Shown here: piece by piece, positions 62,600-64,000 of the stretch
Layout of the letters: every line of letters begins with the position of its first letter
Numbering within the stretch: position 1 is the stretch's first letter
NCBI GenBank assembly: GCA_038087875.1
Contig: CM075994.1
Span: 8,558,001 to 8,622,000, forward strand
Origin: Malacoraja senta
Taxonomy: Eukaryota
DNA: 64,000 nt
Reading direction: 5' to 3'
Program-made: the position numbers and the translations under genes
Notes under the pieces: generated by a model
What the model saw: only the letters and a program-made list of their open reading frames with translations
The model's database searches: none
What the model was told of the DNA's origin: nothing

Positions 62600-64000
62600 T
62601 CCTATAGAAAGGACAGGCAGGTGGGCAGAGGAGGGGGGGTAACTCTGCTGGTGAGGGAGGGAATTCAGTCCCTTGCGAGGGAAGACATAGGGACTGACGA
62701 GGTAGAGTCACTGTGGATTGAGTTGAGGAATTGTAAAGGCAAGAAGACACTAATTGGTGTTATTTACAGACCCCCAAATGGTAGCCTGGATGTAGGGTGT
62801 AAGTTGCAGCAGGAGTTAAAACTGGCATGTAACAAAGGTAATGCCACTGTGGTGATGAGGGATTTCAATATGCAGGTAGACTGGGAAAATCAGGTTGGTT
62901 CAGGACCCCAAGAAAGAGTTTGTAGAATGCCTCCGAGATGGATTCTTAGAGCAGCTTGTAATGGAGCCGACCAGAGAAAAGGCAATTCTGGATTTAGTGT
63001 TGTCCAATGAACCCGATATGATAAGAGAACTCGAGGTAGTGATCATAATATGATTAGTTTTAATCTGCAATTTGAGAAGGAGAACATTAAATCGGAAGTG
63101 GCAGTGATGCAGTTGAACAAAGGGGACTATGAAGGCATGAGAGGGGAGCTGGCCAAAGTAGACTGGAAACGGATCCTAGCAGGAATGACGGTGGAACAGC
63201 AGTGGCAGGAATTTCTGGGCATAATCCGGAAGACGCAGGATCATTTCATTCCAAAAAGGAAGAAAGATTCTAAGGGGAGTAGGAGGCAACCGTGGCTGAC
63301 AAGGGAAGTTAGGGATAGAATAAAACTAAAAGAAAAGGTGTATAACACAGCAAAAAGTAGCCGTAAGCCAGAGGATTGGGAAACTTTCATAGGACAACAG
63401 AAGGAAACAAAACGGGCAATACGGGCTGAAAAGATGAAGTACGAGGGGAAGCAGGCCAGGAATATAAAGAAGGACATTAAAAGCTTCTTTAGATATGTTA
63501 AGGGAAAAAGAGTAGCAAAGTCAAATGTGGGTCCCTTGAAGGCAGACACGGGTGAAATTATTATGGGCAACAAGGAAATGGCAGAAGAGTTGAATAGGTA
63601 CTTTGGATCTGTCTTCACTAACGAAGACACAAACAATCTCCCAGATGTAATGGAGGACAGAGGATCTAAGGGGGCAGAGGAACTGAAAGAAATTTTCATT
63701 AGGCGAGAAATAGTATTGGGTAGGCTAATGGGACTGAAGGATGATAAATCCCCCGGACCTGATGGTCTGCATCCCAGGGTCCTCAGGGAGGTGGCTCTAG
63801 AAATAGTGGACGCATTGGTGATCATTTTCCAATGTTCAATAGATTCAGGATTAGTTCCTGTGGATTGGAGGATAGCTAATGTTATCCCACTTTTCAAGAA
63901 AGGAGCGAGAGAGAAAACGGGGAATTACAGATCAGTTAGCCTGACCTCGGTGGTGGGAAAGATGCTGGAGTCAATTATTAAAGAGGTAATAATGGGACAT
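62600..64000 (+). mobile_element. Degenerate CR1 ORF2 (APE to RT start), head-to-head with the preceding copy, runs off the window
   Basis: GGGV.LLV.E, IGVIYRPPN, DFN, KSPGPDGLHPRVL-type sequence. Confidence 0.9.

Noticed and set aside
61780..64000. Twin-priming inversion of a single CR1
   Set aside because: The two head-to-head pieces overlap in ORF2 coverage and are clearly diverged, so they are separate insertions

Overview
Eukaryotic, repeat-dense vertebrate DNA, most likely from a cartilaginous fish such as a skate or ray (inferred from HE1/V-SINE-type SINEs, abundant CR1 LINEs and Penelope GIY-YIG remnants). There are two 200-N assembly gaps (16173-16372, 51185-51384). Host genes, both on the minus strand: (i) a complete six-coding-exon TRIM-family gene (39288->22683; exons of 300/96/231/23/110/527 bp, 428 aa) with RING, coiled-coil and PRY/SPRY but no B-box; (ii) two internal exons of complement C4 (55125-55023, 52529-52440), whose downstream exons I could not find. 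Together these suggest an MHC-linked or MHC-paralogous region. Mobile elements: a very young Gypsy LTR retrotransposon (1035-5775) with one in-frame stop, an intact two-ORF CR1 LINE (33085-37583), two DIRS tyrosine-recombinase retrotransposons (10071-14458 minus, 56514-61255 plus), and many L1/Tx1, L2, Rex1, Penelope, SINE and MITE fragments plus simple repeats. Most notable observations: an in-frame T-TTA-AAC -1 frameshift heptamer at the CR1 ORF1/ORF2 junction, a many-copy minimal hammerhead-ribozyme motif in Penelope-derived repeats, a DIRS recombination record with a readable ATT crossover core, and nested inverted duplications around the TRIM gene. All calls were made by eye; no searches were run.
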